43,397 nt of DNA from Chiloscyllium plagiosum (GCF_004010195.1 NC_057720.1:15783543-15826939); one strand, 5' to 3'; counted from the stretch's first letter, positions 23,391 to 36,845 are shown. Notes: a model not told the origin generated them from the letters alone. A program made the numbers and translations.

Positions 23391-24343
23391 AAACAATAGA
23401 CAATAGGTGCAAGAGTAGGCCATTTGACCCTTCGAGCCAGCACCACCATTCATTATGATCATGACTGATCATCCACACTCAGTATCCTGTTCCTGCCTTA
23501 TCCCCATAACCCTTGATTCCACTATCTTTAAGAGCTCTATCCATCTCTTTCTTGAAAGTATCCAGAGACTTGGCCTCCACTGCCTTCTGGGGCAGAGCAT
23601 TCCATATATCCACCACTCTCTGGGTGAAGGACTTTCTCCTCAACTCTGTTCTAAATGGCCTACGCCTTATTTTTAAACTTTGCCCTTTGGTTCTGGACTC
23701 ACCCATCAGCGGAAACATGCTTCCTGCCTCCAGAGTGTCCAATCCTTTAATAATCTTCTACGTCTCAGATCCCCTCTCATCCTTCTAAACTCAAGTGTAT
23801 ACAAGCCCAGTTGCACCAATCTTTCAACATATGATAGTCCCGCCATTCCAGGAATTGACCTCGTGAACCTACGCTGCACTCCCTCAATAGCCAGAATGTT
23901 CTTCCTCAAACTTGGAGACCAAAACTGCACACAATACTCCAGGTGCAGTCTCACTAGGGCCCTGTACAGCTGCAGAAGAATCTTTTTGCTCCTATTCTCA
24001 ATTCCTCTTGTTATGAAGGCCAGCATGCCATTAGCTTTCTTCACTGCCTGCTGTACCTGCATGCTTGCATTCATTGACTGATGTACAAGAACACCTAGAT
24101 CTCATTGCACTTCCCTTTTACCTAACTTGACTCCATTCAGCTAGTAATCTGCCTTCCTATTCTTGCCACCCAAGTGGATAACCACACATTTATCTACATT
24201 AAACTGCATCTGCTATGCATCCGTCCACTCACCTGGCCTGTCCAAGTCACCCTGTATTCTCATAACATCCTCCTCTCATTTCACCCTGCCACCCAGCTTT
24301 GTGTCATCAGCAAATTTGCTGATATTACTTTTAATACTTTCAT
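23391..24343 (-). mobile_element. CR1 LINE 3' portion
   Basis: QVQQAVKKANGMLAFITRG...LYRALVRLHLEYCVQFWSP; tail (CTATTGT)n. Confidence 0.92.
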
Positions 24344-25065
24344 CAACGCAAAGTGATCCCGCCACCACCAGATCGAACCTAAGTGCTGAAAGCCTGTCAG
24401 ATCCAGGTGTAATTGGTAATGAACAAATCAACATGTCACTGAGGGAAGCTCCTAAATATCCCCATTCTCAATAATGGAAGAGCCTGACACTCAGTGCGAA
24501 AGATCTTCAGCCAGAAGTACCAAGTGGATGACCCATCTCAGCCTCTTCAGTGGCCCCCACTATCACACATAGCACTTTTCGGACAATTTGATTCACTCCA
24601 CGTGGTATCAAGAAACAGTTGGAGGCACTAGACACTGCAAAGGCTATGGCCCTGACAGCATTCTGATAGTAGTACTAAAGACTTGTGTTCCAGAACTTGC
24701 CACTCTCCCAGCCAAGCTCTTCCTTACAGTTACAACACTGACAACTGCCTGACAATGTTGAAAATTGCCCGGGTATCTCGTGAACACAAAAATGAGGACA
24801 AATCTAACCTAGCCAAGCACGTCCCATCAATCTACTCTTGATCATCAGTAAAATGATGGAAAGTGTTATCAACAGTGCTATCCAACAGCACCTGTTCAGC
24901 AATAACCTGCTCAGTGACGCCCAGTTTGGGCCACTCAGCTCCTGACCTCATTACAGCCTTGGTTCAGACACGGACAAAAGAGCTGAATTCAAGAGGTGAG
25001 GTGAGAGACTGCACTTCTTTGAATGTGGCATTAAGGAGCCCTAACAAAACTGGAATCAATGGGAA

Positions 25066-25172
25066 TCTATCTTTCTATGCTACTTCACTATGTGATCTGC
25101 CTGTATTGCTTGTAAGACAAAGCTTTTCACTGTGATTCAGTACACGTGACAATAAATTCAATTCAATTCAAT
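25066..25172 (+). mobile_element. Short LINE 3' tail insert with (ATTCA)n
   Basis: GATCTGCCTGTATTG...GTACACGTGACAATAAATTCAATTCAATTCAATC, flanked by AATC; related to 16645-16845. Confidence 0.6.
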
Positions 25173-26082
25173 CAGGGGGCAACCTCTCTGCTGTGTGGAG
25201 TCATACCTGGTATATAGGAAGATGGTTGTGACTGTTGTAAGTCAGTCAGCTCAGCTCCAGGACATCTCTGAAGGAATTCCACAGGGTAGTGTCCTCGGCC
25301 CAAAAATCTTCATCTGCTTTATCACTGACCTTTCCCCCGTCATAAGGTCAGAGGTGGGGATGTTCACTGATGACTGTACAATATTCAGCCCCATTCATGA
25401 CGCCTCAGATACTGAAGCAGTCCATGTTCAAATGTAACAAGATCTGGACAGTATCCGGACTTGGGCTGACAAGTGGCAAAAAACATTGGTGCCACACAAA
25501 TGCCACACTATGACCATCACCAATAAGAGACAATCTAAGCACTGTGACTGGGCATTCAATGGTGTTACCATCACTGAATTCCTCATTGTCAACATCCTGG
25601 GGGTTACCATTGACCAGAAACTCAACTGAACTTGCAATATAAACACAGCAACTACAAGAACAGGTCAGAGACTCGGAACACAGTGGTGTGCAACTCACCT
25701 CCTGACTCCCCAGAGCCTGTCCACCATGTATAAGGTATAAGTCAGGAGTGTGATGGATTACTCTCCACTTTCCTGGAAGGGTGTAGTGCCAACAACACCC
25801 AAGAAACTTGGCACCTAAGAAACTTGGACAAAAGCAGACTACATGATTGGCACCAGATCCACAAGCATCCACTCCCTCCATTATTCATGCTCAGTAGCAG
25901 CGGTGTGTACTATCTACAAGATGCACTGCAGAAATTCACCAAAACTTCTATATCAACATCTTCCAAAACCATGACCACTTTCGTCTAGAAGGAACACCAC
26001 CATCTGCAAGTTCCCCTCCAAGCTACTCACCATCCTGACTTGAAAATATATTGCTGTTCCTTCCCTGTCATTGGGTCAATAA

Positions 26083-26683
26083 AGTCATAGAGTCATACAG
26101 TTGTACAGTATAGAAACAGACCCTTCGGTCAACTCGACCAGACACGCTAACCTAATCTAGTCGCATTTGCTAGCACCCGGCCCAATTCCCTCTCAACCCT
26201 TTCTATTCATACACCCATCCAGATGCCTTTTAAATGTTGTCACTGTACCAGCCTCCACCACTTCCTCTGGCAGCTCATTCCACACATGCACCATCCTCTG
26301 TGTGAAAATGTTACCTCTTAGATCCCTTTTAAATCTCTCCCCCCTCACCCTAAACCTATGCCCACTTGTTCTGGACTCCCCATTCCTGGGAAAGGACCTT
26401 GTCTATTTACTCTGTCCCTATCCTCATGATTTTATAAACCTCTATAAGGTCACCCCTCAGTCTCCGACGCTCCGGGGAAAACAGCTCCAACCTATTCAGC
26501 CTCTCCCTAAAACTCAAACCCTCCCAACCCTGTCAACATCCTTGAAAATCTTTTCTGAACCCTTTCAGGTTTTGCAACATCCTTCCTATAGGAGGGAGAC
26601 CAGAACTGCATAATATTCCAAAAGTGGCCTAACCAATGTCCTGTACAGCTGCAACATGACCTCCCAACTCCTGTACTCAATGC
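26083..26683 (-). mobile_element. CR1/HER1 LINE 3' fragment
   Basis: GTCATAGAGTCATA tail with CR1 RT C-terminal sequence on the minus strand. Confidence 0.9.
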
Positions 26684-27529
26684 GTAAATCCCATTCTAAT
26701 GGCATTGTACGTCAACCTACAGCAGTTGGGCTACCGTGGTTCAATAAGGCAGCCAGCGACACCCATTATCCATGAGTGAATTAAAAAATGTATTTAGAAC
26801 AATGTGACCAACCGGGATGCTGACTAAAATGTGAAAGATGAAAGCAGACTGGATAACCTTTTTTATACAGCACAGATACCTTGATCTGTGTCATAAATCT
26901 TTTAATGATTCTATATTCTCTAAAAAGGTATTCTTACCTAATTAAATTTGTCATTTTGCCATTATGTTGACAACCAGGCGTCTTAGAGGCAAACGGTTTC
27001 CCCTGAACCCTCTTCAAACACCACTTGTGAAGATTTAGAAGACTTTTTCAATGAGATTCATTACACTTTAAATTAGTTTTTAATTATACTGAAAACCATT
27101 TGTGTGTTGCGATGTAACAGAAACACAGTCAATGACTACCAGGCTTATTAAAAAAATGTTTTTCACATTTATTACTGCTGATGGTACAACAGCAAAGAAA
27201 TCTCTGCAAGAGGCACTTATAGGTGTGGAAAAACAAAATGCAAATAAACTTAGTTCTTTGATTGTTAGCAAATTCGACTACAATTTGATTTAGCAGTGAA
27301 TGTCATAGGCAATCTGATACATTTAGAAATGGTCGTAAAACTTAATTTTAAGCGGCAGTTGTGACACAGTGATAGTGTTCCTATCTCTGGACCAGAAAGT
27401 CCAGTTTTTTGAGTCCCACTTGCCAGAGAGATATGTAACATGTCCAAAAATGTTGAAAAAACATTTCCAAACTTCATTTAAATTCTGACTCAGATCTGAT
27501 CTACAAGACTTTTAGTTTGACTAATTTTT

Positions 27530-27778
27530 GTTTATAAGATATGGGCATCCCTGGAGTCAAATAAAAGTCAGACGAGGTAAAGACAGTAGATTTCCTTTCC
27601 CTAAGTGGATTTGTACAACAAGTGACATTAAAATAACTTTATAATTCCAGATTAATTTTAATTGAATTCAGATTTCATCATCTGTTGTCATAGGGGTTGA
27701 ACTTTATTTCCTATGATGCTACCTGTAATTTTGAATTACTATCATTATTACCAGTGATAATACCATGACACCACCCTG
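27530..27778 (-). mobile_element. tRNA-derived SINE with a LINE-like tail (family of 36486 and 41358), degenerate
   Basis: GGTAAAGACAGTAGATTTCCTTTCCCT, AATTCCAGATT...ATTGAATTCAGATTTC. Confidence 0.65.
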
Positions 27779-28486
27779 ATGTTATAATAGTTTTGATGGT
27801 CAAAAGACTGTTTCAAACTGTTCCTAATCCATTAGGCTATTTAGCTAAATTAGCTATTATTGTGTTAATTTTGTTTGTAAAAATAATGCAGATTGCATTA
27901 ATGACAGAAACTTAGTTTCAAGATGAATTATGCTCTCTTGACTAGTTTTCAAGCGTCTAACTCTGTGGAAATTAGTCTTACAAGATAAAAAGAAGGTCAA
28001 TATGTCTATTTTCCTGTCTGCTATTTTGAGGGAAGCGCTAACCCAGTTATTTAAACAGGTTAATGACTCTTAAAATAGGTGACAGAAAAACATCATTCCT
28101 GCATGTCAAGGGTTGTTCTGTTAATGTAGACAGCAATAATTTATGAGTCAGTACCTGCAAGTAGAAGTTAAGAGTGTGATCACTTTTGGAGCATTAGCAC
28201 AACTGAGCTGCAGAGTCAAAGATAAAACTATTGAGAATACTACGATCCCCATGTAACTGACCCTGGATTGATTGAGGCAACGTATAACAGTGGCATATTA
28301 ATGAGGCTAAATGAGTAACACACCTTCTGTGCATTGTTAATGGGGCCTCTAAAGCCCAATCAGTCATGGACCTTAATTACATCTTGAGTTGACCAATATT
28401 TAACTACACCTGGACATTTCTTTCCAACTTTCTGTCTGTGCACAAATGTAGTTTACTTCATTGAAACTTGTGTTGTTCATATGTTT

Positions 28487-28642
28487 TATTTTTCCATGGG
28501 ATGTGGGCATCTTTGGTTCATTCAATATTTATTGCCCCATCCCTGGTTGCTCTGCAGCAGGTGGTGGTGAATCACCTTCTTGAACCATTGCAATCCTTGT
28601 GGTGTAGATGACATTGCAATTGAGAAGGGAATTTCAGGATGC
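28487..28642 (-). mobile_element. 3' end of the CR1/L2-group LINE family seen at 22570-26787
   Basis: CATGGGATGTGGGCATC...ATTTATTGCCCCATCCC...CCTTCTTGAACCATTGCA. Confidence 0.7.
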
Positions 28643-28861
28643 TGAATTGGGGTACGTTCTTCATTGTTGAAGTCTGATATAAATAATGCATCAATCGAGA
28701 AAAAGATTCATGAAGCATCAGTTGCTGCAATCCTTAGTTTTCTATCTCCTGAAAACTGAATTAATTAACACCAGTGTTTTATTAGTTTATTGCACACTGC
28801 TCAATCACCTCAACTCAGGGTGCATGAATATTGCTAACATTGATCAATTAAAATTACTGTT

Positions 28862-29403
28862 ATAGAGTCATTAAATTAGAGAGATGTACAGCATGGAAAC
28901 AGACCCTTCAGTCCATCCCGTCCATGCCGACCAGATATCCCAACCCAGTCTAGTCCCACCTGCCAGCACCCGGCCCATATCCCTCCAAGCTCTTCCTATT
29001 CATATACCCATCCAACTGTCTCTTAAATGTTGCAATTGTACCAGCCTCCACCACATCCACTGGCAGTTCATTCCATACACATACCACCCTCTACGTGAAA
29101 AAGTTGCCCCTCAGGTCTCTTTTTTATATCTTTCCCCTCTCACCCTCAACCTATGCCCTCTAGTTCTGGACTCCCCCACCCCTGGGAAAAGACTTTGCCT
29201 ATTTATCCTATCCATGCCCCTCATGATTTTATAAACCTCTATAACGTCACCCCTCAGCCTCCGACGCTCCAGGGAAAACAGCCCTAGCCTATTCAACCTT
29301 TCCCTATAGCTCAAATCCTCCAACCCTGGCAACATCCTTGTAAATCTTTTCCGAACCCTTTCAGACTTCATAACATCTTTCCGATAGGAAGGAGACCAGA
29401 ATT
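28862..29403 (-). mobile_element. CR1/HER1 LINE 3' fragment
   Basis: ERVRKRFTRMLPGLEDLSYRERLNRLGLFSLERRRLRGD. Confidence 0.92.
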
Positions 29404-30397
29404 GATAGTTATGAATTTTTCAGTGCACCTACTGCTCCTGAAACAGTGTTTAAAGTGTCCAACGTTAGATGCTTTACTCCCCCTGTCAATGTTTCTGAAG
29501 GTCTGATGTGGTATATAATGTCTTCAAGATATGCTTCACTGAATCAGGTTTTCACTGATCTTTTGAGATGAGACTGTTCCTTCCTGTAGACAACTTTACA
29601 CACCTTCTGTCCCCAACTGATGAAATTGCACTCTTCCGGGTTAACTTAGAGGAAATTCAGTGTGAAGGGAAGACACAGAACGCATGATGGACTGGGAATT
29701 TCAAATAGTGGTACAGTGGTAGTATCTCTGAGCAAACTGTCCAATTCATGAAGGGCATAGGAATCAAGCCTGGACTAAGTCAGCAATGGATGTAATGAAT
29801 AAATAACTTTGATCTCTTTCTCATCAAGCCAAGTGCTGTCGACTTATCAATCCTCAATAACGTATGACTGGATTGACCACTGTACATTTCCCAGCAAAAC
29901 AAAGTCTTATCTCTACAATGGAAACATTTTCTAACATATAGAGTGCCATTACGGCCAGTTAGATAAACTACCTATAGATTTAGTTGCCTCAGCCAGGGTA
30001 TCCATGCAGTGTTGTAGATCATTAGGAACAGCGGAATAATACATAATCAAAATCTATGGCTCAGCACATGCCTCAATCTTTGACAATCATTGAGCCTGAA
30101 AAGCAATCAAAGGGAAACACAAAGGGCTTTCGAAGAGCAATATTTTGCCCCAGACTAGGTCATTAATGTAATGTTACTACCTTCAATCCTACTCCCCAAC
30201 GTTAAACCTGAAACAGCAAAGTGGCAGAGACTCCAATGCCACCAGATTAGAACACAGACCTGAACGATATCATATTAAGGGGAAGAAGCGGACTCGTGGT
30301 ATTTTCACTAGTCTTGCCAACCAGCCTTTTCCCCCCACACCCCCACAAAGCAAATGGTTGGGGGATAGCATAGGTTCAAATCCATGGCTCCAGATGT

Positions 30398-30975
30398 TCT
30401 TTGAGTATCAGAGTTGGGATACCATATTGAGGTTGTACAGGACATTGGTGAGGCCCCTTCTGGAATACTGTGTACAGTTCTGATTGCCCTGTTATTGGAA
30501 GGATATTATTAAGCTAATCAGAAGAGGGTTCAGAAGAGATTTACCAGGATGTTGCTGGGTATGGAAGGTTTGTGTTATTAAAAAAGGCTGGATAGGCTGG
30601 GAGTTTTTTTCACTGGTACATAGGAGATTAAAAGTGATTATAGATTTTATAAAATCACGAGGGGTATAAATAGGGTTAATTGTAGGTGCATTTTCTCGAG
30701 GATGGGTGTGTTCAAGAGTAGGGGCATATTTTTTAGGTGAGAGGAGAGAGATTTTACGCAGAGAGTGGTTCGTGTGAGGAATGAACTTCCAGAGGAAGTG
30801 ATGGATGTAGGTATAGTTACAACGTTTAAAACACACTTAGATAAATGCATGATTAGGTAAAGTTTGGAGAGAAATGGACCAGGAGCAGGCAGGTGGGAAT
30901 AGTCTAGTTTGGGACTATGTTTGGCATGGACTGGTTGGACTGAAATGTCTGTTTCCATGCTGTAAAAATCTATAG
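30398..30975 (+). mobile_element. CR1 LINE 3' fragment inserted in a SINE (SINE pieces at about 30365-30397 and 30976-31092)
   Basis: LRLYRTLVRPLLEYCVQF; the flanks GGTTCAAATCCATGG and ATTTGAATTCAAT...GGAAATCTGC match the SINE family at 36486. Confidence 0.8.
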
Positions 30976-31092
30976 CAACATTTGAATTCAATTAAAAATA
31001 AAACTGGTGTAATGATGACCATGTAGCTTCTATTGATTGTCATAAAAATCCATTTGGTTTACTAAGGTCCTTCAGGAAAGGAAATCTGCATT

Positions 31093-31277
31093 ATTCCATG
31101 AAGGTGGAGTCACAAGTAGACAGGGTAGTGAAGAAGGCGCCTGCTATACTTGCCTTTCTTGGTCAGTGCATTGAGTTTAGAGGATGGGATGTTATGTTGA
31201 GGCTGTACAGGACACTGGTTAGGCCACATTTAGAATCTGCATTCAGTCCTGGTCTCCCTGCTATACAAAAGATGTTC
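31093..31277 (+). mobile_element. CR1 LINE fragment
   Basis: MKVESQVDRVVKKA...LRLYRTLVRPHLE. Confidence 0.85.
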
Positions 31278-32216
31278 ATAGAGTTTTAGTCATAGAGTCT
31301 TACAGCACAGAGACAGGCCCTTCAGCCCAAACTGGTCTATGCCGACGAAAATGTCCATCCACGCTAACCCCATTTCCCTGCACTTGGCTCATAGCCTTCT
31401 AATCCTTTCCTATCTTTTCAATGCCTTTTAAATGTTGTTAATGTCCCCGCCTCAACCACTTCCGCTGGCAGCTCATTCCATATGCGTACCACCCTCTGTG
31501 TGAAAAGTTGCCCCTCAGATTCCTTTTTATGCTTTCCCCTCTAACCTTAAACTGATGCCTTCTAGTCCTCAATTATCCAATCCTGAGAAAAGGACTGAGT
31601 TGATTCACCCTATCCATGATCTTATATATATCTATCAGATTCCCCCCTCAGACTCCTATGCTCTAAATAAAAAAGTCCTAGCTTGTCCAGCCTCTCCCTA
31701 TAACTCAGACTCTTGAGCCCTGCAGCAACATCTTTATAAGATCCTTCTGCACTCTTTCCAGTTTAATAGCATCCTTCCTATAACAAGGTGACTAACACTG
31801 AACACAAGACTCCAGGTGTGGCCTCAACAACATCCTGTACAACTGCAACATAACTTCCCAACTTCTATACTCAGTGTAACAAAAGCCTTCTTCACTGCCC
31901 TGTCTACCTGTGACTCCACTTTCACAGAACTGTGCACCTGAACTCCAAGGTCCCTCTGTTCCACTACACTCCTCAAGGCCCTACCATTCACCATGAAACT
32001 CCTACCTTGATTTGACTTTCCAAAATGCAAGACCTCGCACTTATCTACATTAAACTCCATTTGCCATTTTTCGGCCCACTTCTTCAGCTGATCAAGATCC
32101 TGATGCAATTTCTGATCACCTTCCTCACTGTTCACTGTACTGTCTGTTTTAGTGTCAACTGCAAACTTACTCGTCATGCTTTGTACATTCTCATCCAAAT
32201 CATTGATATGGATAAG
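31278..32216 (-). mobile_element. CR1 LINE 3' portion
   Basis: IHINDLDENV..SKFAVDTK...WQMEFNVDKCEVLHFG; tail at 31278. Confidence 0.9.
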
Positions 32217-32935
32217 AAACAAAACTTGAGGACAAATTGGAGGCATAACATTTTTGGCATTACGTTAAATAAAACGAAGAATTTGAGCACGCATTTAAAG
32301 AAGGGAGTGAGAGGCATGAGCAAACAAAGAAACCGAGGGATTTGAAAACATTGGGATGTATATTTGTCTTGGCTAAGTGATAGTGAACTGACAGGCTATT
32401 TTCCACGATGCTTAATAGTATTTTTCATTGATCAATCATGGAAGTGCAAAATCTGTCTGCGATTCTGATAGAAGTAAAAGTCCCTCACTGCAGTTGTAGG
32501 TGGCCATTGTCTAAATGCGAGGTTTATTTGACAGAACAAAGTGTACTGCGCTTCGTGCAAAGAAAGTAGATGTGGAGATCAGCTTGGAATCTAAGAGATA
32601 GGTGACCAAAGTGTTTTGGATGAGCCATAGCAGGCCAGTCATCTCTCTGATAATTTAATTGGGCTATGGAAATGACAGATAAATCAATACTAGATTTGCA
32701 AGAGGCACCTGCCATAATCAGCTCAAACAATGAAGATGTGATGGCTGATAGTAAAAGCAAACTTCAAAAGGCCAGTCACAAGGTTGATTCTGTACAGCAG
32801 AATCAACATGACACATTTGAACATGGAGCATCAGAACTTTGTCCCAGGTGAACAGATTCATCCAGCTTTCCAGGGAAACAGACAGATATAATTTCGATAT
32901 ACTTGGTTTTAGTATGGTTAGGTAGCTCAGAAAAG

Positions 32936-33169
32936 GATTCTGGATTAGTGGTGCTGGAAGAGCACAGCAGTTCAGGCAGCATCCGAGGAGCAGTAAAATT
33001 GACGTTTCGGGCAAAAGCCCTTCATCAGGAATACCTGTATTCCTGATGAAGGGCTTTTGCCCGAAACGTCGATTTTACTGCTCCTCGGATGCTGCCTGAA
33101 CTGCTGTGCTCTTCCAGCACCACTAATCCAGAATCTGGTTTCCAGCATCTGCAGTCATTGTTTTTACCT
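32936..33169. mobile_element. Near-perfect palindromic Penelope pLTR insert with a 16-bp TSD
   Basis: 99-bp arms at 32936-33034 and 33037-33135, 1 mismatch, 2-nt spacer; TSD TAGCTCAGAAAAGGAT at 32923-32938 and 33169-33184. Confidence 0.93.
33043..33075 (+). ncRNA. Hammerhead-ribozyme-like core (mirror copy on the minus strand at 33004-33028)
   Basis: CTGATGA-A-GGGC-TTTT-GCCC-GAAAC; minimal hammerheads are an established feature of Penelope pLTRs; stems I and III were not verified. Confidence 0.6.
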
Positions 33170-33869
33170 AGCTCAGAAAAGGATGGCTAGCTGCAGGAGA
33201 GAAAAAAAACACAATTTCCACCTTCTTTCCAGAAAAAAAGTAATCGGGAGAGAATTTTTTTTGGTCCTTGTACCAACTGCTACACAGAATTTGACAGAAT
33301 AGAATTCTATTAGTGAAAGAATAACAACATGATTTAAAATAAACCATTATAATATGAACCATATATATTATGCACCAACAAATTAGGCATCACAGCAGGT
33401 GAAAGGCAACTTTTACAACACATTCTTAAGAACATCTCCAGGCATAATATATTATTAATAGATTTCAACACAAAGGTGAGAGGAAAGAGGCTGTGAAATG
33501 AAGAATAGCAGTGGTTAGAAATTGGTGAATATAGAATTAGCTAATGACATATTCAGTTGAAGCATATACTTTAAGCGTCTCAAGATCACTCAATGAGTAA
33601 ATGTAAAATGAGGCAAACTGTATCACTGAGAAAGTAAAAGATTTCAAGGTCTTTTGAAAACATGTGCATGCTTATAAAGGAGCTCATTTACACAACCTGC
33701 CATCAATTAGTTTTAAGGAGCCTAGCACAGAAGAAACCTTCACTATAAAGGACAGTAGATGAGGATTTTGTGATGCTGCTCATTGAATTCTCTCCATTTA
33801 ACTGCATTAAATATGCACCCTGTTGTTCTACTGCTTAATCACCAAGACGTAGGCATACTATATCCATAC

Positions 33870-34384
33870 CTGACACCAGTCAACTAATCTTCCAATTTTA
33901 TATAGCCTGTGCATTAAAAATGGTTATTGCCAAACAGCTTAGAGAGTTTCAGCTTCTATTAAAATGTTCACCAATCATTCCTTGCTTGATAAATCATTAT
34001 TTCAGAATGCCTTTGATGCAGCACTATAGTGTGTGCTGTAATGAGAACCCTTGATAGATTTGAGCAGGATTGCAAATGGCAATGTTTGAGTGAGGTACAT
34101 TTGCACATCAGAGAAATCTCTTGCAAACTATTTTTGATCGTAAAGATTTCCTTTTAAATGATATCAATGTCTCAGAAATACTGGTAGTGGACCTTGATTC
34201 CTGATGTCTTTCATCATGTTGGTCTTCTCCTTATGTTTCCAATTTGTGAATGATTTATTCTTGTAGTGGTAGGACACATCAGATGCTGTCCATGCATCAC
34301 ATGATGTTTTTCCCTTTGTTACACTGGACTGTCAATCAGCAAACATGCAAACAGCTCTCTGATCAATTATCATTGCAATATCTA
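33870..34384 (-). pseudogene. Decayed exon D (515 bp, phase 1 to phase 0, 7 stops, no frameshift)
   Basis: Acceptor TTCCCTAG|, donor CAG|GTATGG; DIAMIIDQRAVCMFAD*...FARDFSDVQMYLTQTLPFAILLKSIKG...PFLMHRLYKIGRLVDWCQ. Confidence 0.65.
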
Positions 34385-34553
34385 CTAGGGAAAGTGTAAC
34401 AGATTAAAAGTAATTTGGAGAATTGTGGCAAGATAGATTTGATGCAATTTGTGTATCAAAGTCAAAGATATCCTAGATGACATGCATAGAAAGGCCTTAA
34501 TGTCATATGGCACTTTATGAATAATATTTGCTCCAGATATTTGCAAGATCAAT

Positions 34554-34899
34554 GGGGTGGCACGATGGCTCGGTGGTTAGCACTGCTGCCTCAGTGATGG
34601 GGACCTGGATTCAATTCCACCCTTGGGCAACTGTCTGTGTGGAATTCTCCTCCGTGTCTGTGTGGGTTTCCTCCAGGTGCTCTGGTTTCCTCCCACAGTC
34701 TAAAGAATGTGCAGGTCATGTAGATTAACCATGCTAAGTTGCCTGTGGTGCCCATGGATATGTGTAGATCAGGTGGATTAGCCATGGGAAATGCAGAGCT
34801 ATAGGTTGGAGGGGGCGGGGTGGTGAATCTAACTGGGATGCTCTTCAGAGGGTCGGTGTGGACTAGATGGGCCTGCTTCCACACTGTAGGGATTCTATG
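34554..34899 (+). mobile_element. HE1-type SINE (older copy)
   Basis: TGGCTCGGTGGTTAGCACTGCTGCC...CCACACTGTAGGGATTCTATG. Confidence 0.88.
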
Positions 34900-35479
34900 T
34901 TATTGTCTTCTCCCTAAAGCATGGAAGAAACCAACCGTAAAGAAAGGGAATTGGATGGAAAATATGTAGTTTTGGGGACAATTAAACAACTCTAAGGCCA
35001 TGAAAAAGAGAGGAACAGTAAGTCATTTAAATGTTACAGCTGGCATTATAGGTGTCAGAAGATGCTTGAATATTTTAATGACTATACGAAATCTGAAATG
35101 GAAATGAAAAGAGCTATCAAGAGGAGAATTGGATGAGTCAATTGGACCTCAAGGATTCTGTCCACACTGGGGAGAAATGTCTGATATGGTTATTGGCATA
35201 AAAATGGAGAATTGCACACTGTTCTGAATCCTTTATGGTGAGGAAGTTATGAGAGCCACTGTAAGGTATAGTGAAGAATGCAATCGTACTGATCTGCAAA
35301 ACATGAGAGAGAAAAGCCCATCAGAAGCTTATCAGATCCATTATGTTCAAATAACAAGAGGGCAGTATGTAACTGTGTCTCATCTTCAAGAGAAATCTCC
35401 TGAAGAGGAAAAAAAGGGGAAGGAAATAAGTTGCAAGCATTTCAGGAAAATCTGTGAGTGATTCATCCAGATCTTCCAA

Positions 35480-35980
35480 AGGTTAGGCCACTTTCAGAAT
35501 ATTGCATTCAGTTGCTCCCTGCTATAGGGAGGATGTTGTTAAACTTGAAAGAGTGCAGAAAAGATTTACAAAGATGTGGCCAGGGTTGGAAGGAGAGGCT
35601 GAATAGGCTGGGGCATTTCCTCTGGAGTGTTGGAGGTTGAGGAGTGACCTTATAGAGGGGCATGGATAGGGTGAATAGCCAAGGTCCAAAACTAGAGACC
35701 ATAAGTTTACAATGAGAGGGTAAAAATTTAAAAGGGATCTAAGGGGCAACTTCATCATACAGAGGGTGGTGCATGTATGGAATGAGCTGTCAGAAGAAGT
35801 GATAGAATGTGGGACAATTACAATATTTAAAAGACATTGGGATGGATATATAAATAGGAAGGGCTTAGAAGGAAATGGGCTAAATACTAATAAATGAAGC
35901 AAGCTTAATTTAGGATGACTGGTCAGCATGGACGAGTTGGACCGAAGGGTCTGTTTCCATGCTGTACAACTCTATGACTC
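35480..35980 (+). mobile_element. CR1/HER1 LINE 3' fragment
   Basis: GTTAGGCCACTTTCAGAATATTGC...GGACCGAAGGGTCTGTTTCCATGCTGTACAACTCTATGACTC. Confidence 0.88.
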
Positions 35981-36485
35981 AGTAACTCCAGGCAAACATT
36001 TTCAAAATTGTCACTCTCTGTGACTGACAGTATCCACTTCCCTCAGGAACTCATCAATCTGCCTTTGAAATGACCACAATAAATCCTTACCTCTGCATAT
36101 TCCAGTCATGTGTTTGATAGGGTGGTCTGTGTGAGCAAAAGTATTCTTTGCATCTAATCTAACTATTCCATTAGTTTTGCATCAGGCATCATTGTGTATC
36201 TTAAATAGGTAATCCAGTCCCTTGATTATTTTATGCATCTCAATCATATCCAAAATGTCTCCAAATTTAAAGATCCAAAATCTTGAATGTCATGATTAAG
36301 AGTCGAAAGTTTTATATCAATCCACTTCCATTACCCACTTGTTCTGTGAAGTCTTAAAGTGTAAACACTGAAACCTAACAGATCTTTCATGGCCTAAGTG
36401 CAGTTAATGCCAAGTTTGGCAGTCTATTCATTATTAACCAAAGCCTTGTAGCTTCCACATCATTACTATACCTTTAACGATTGAC

Positions 36486-36845
36486 CTTTTTTTACACGTT
36501 CACAGGATGTGTGCTTTCCTGGCTCGGCCAGCATTCATTGTCCATCCTTAATTGGCCAGAGGGTAATTGAGAGTCAACCACATTGCTGTGGGTCTGGAGT
36601 CACATGTGGGCGAGACTAGGTGAGGATAGCAGATTTCCTTCCCTGAAGGATGTTAGTGAGTTGGATTGGTTTTTCCTAACAATTGACAAAGGTTTCATCA
36701 GTTAATTCTTAATTCCATGTTTTTTGTAATTGAATACAAATTCCACCATCTGCCATGGCGAGATTTGAACCTGGGTCCCTGGAACATTAGCTGATTTCCT
36801 GGATTAATAATCTAGTGATGATACCACTACGCCATTGCCTCCCCA
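36486..36845 (-). mobile_element. tRNA-derived SINE with a LINE-derived tail
   Basis: Minus strand: TGGCGTAGTGG (A-box), GGTTCAAATCTC (B-box), poly-A end; family copies at 41358-41688 and 27530-27778. Confidence 0.85.

Larger units (their letters stand above)
22570..26787 (+). mobile_element. Long decayed CR1/L2-group LINE (endonuclease end, RT, 3' tail) with four nested insertions
   Basis: NILDLILTNLP, QPWFNGE, EGIPQGSVLGPKIFICFITDL, MFTDDCT; 3' end CCATGAGTGAATTAAAAAA. Confidence 0.85.
26938..30095 (-). pseudogene. Very large decayed exon (or exon cluster) E, interrupted by several TE insertions
   Basis: Acceptor GTTTCCCTTTGATTGCTTTTCAG|GCT at 30095 (phase 0). One frame runs 30095-29410 (...SRLDSYALHELDSLLRDTTTVPLFEIP...FSEAYLEDIIYHIRPSETLTGG). 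About 110 codons with 1 stop at about 28370-28050 (SMTDWALEAPLTMHRRCVTHLASLICHCY...). Donor TTAG|GTAAGA at 26938. Confidence 0.68.

Noticed and set aside
32350..32920. ORFs at 32524-32760 (-) and 32666-32851 (+)
   Set aside because: No recognisable motif or convincing splice context, and exons D and E join in phase without them
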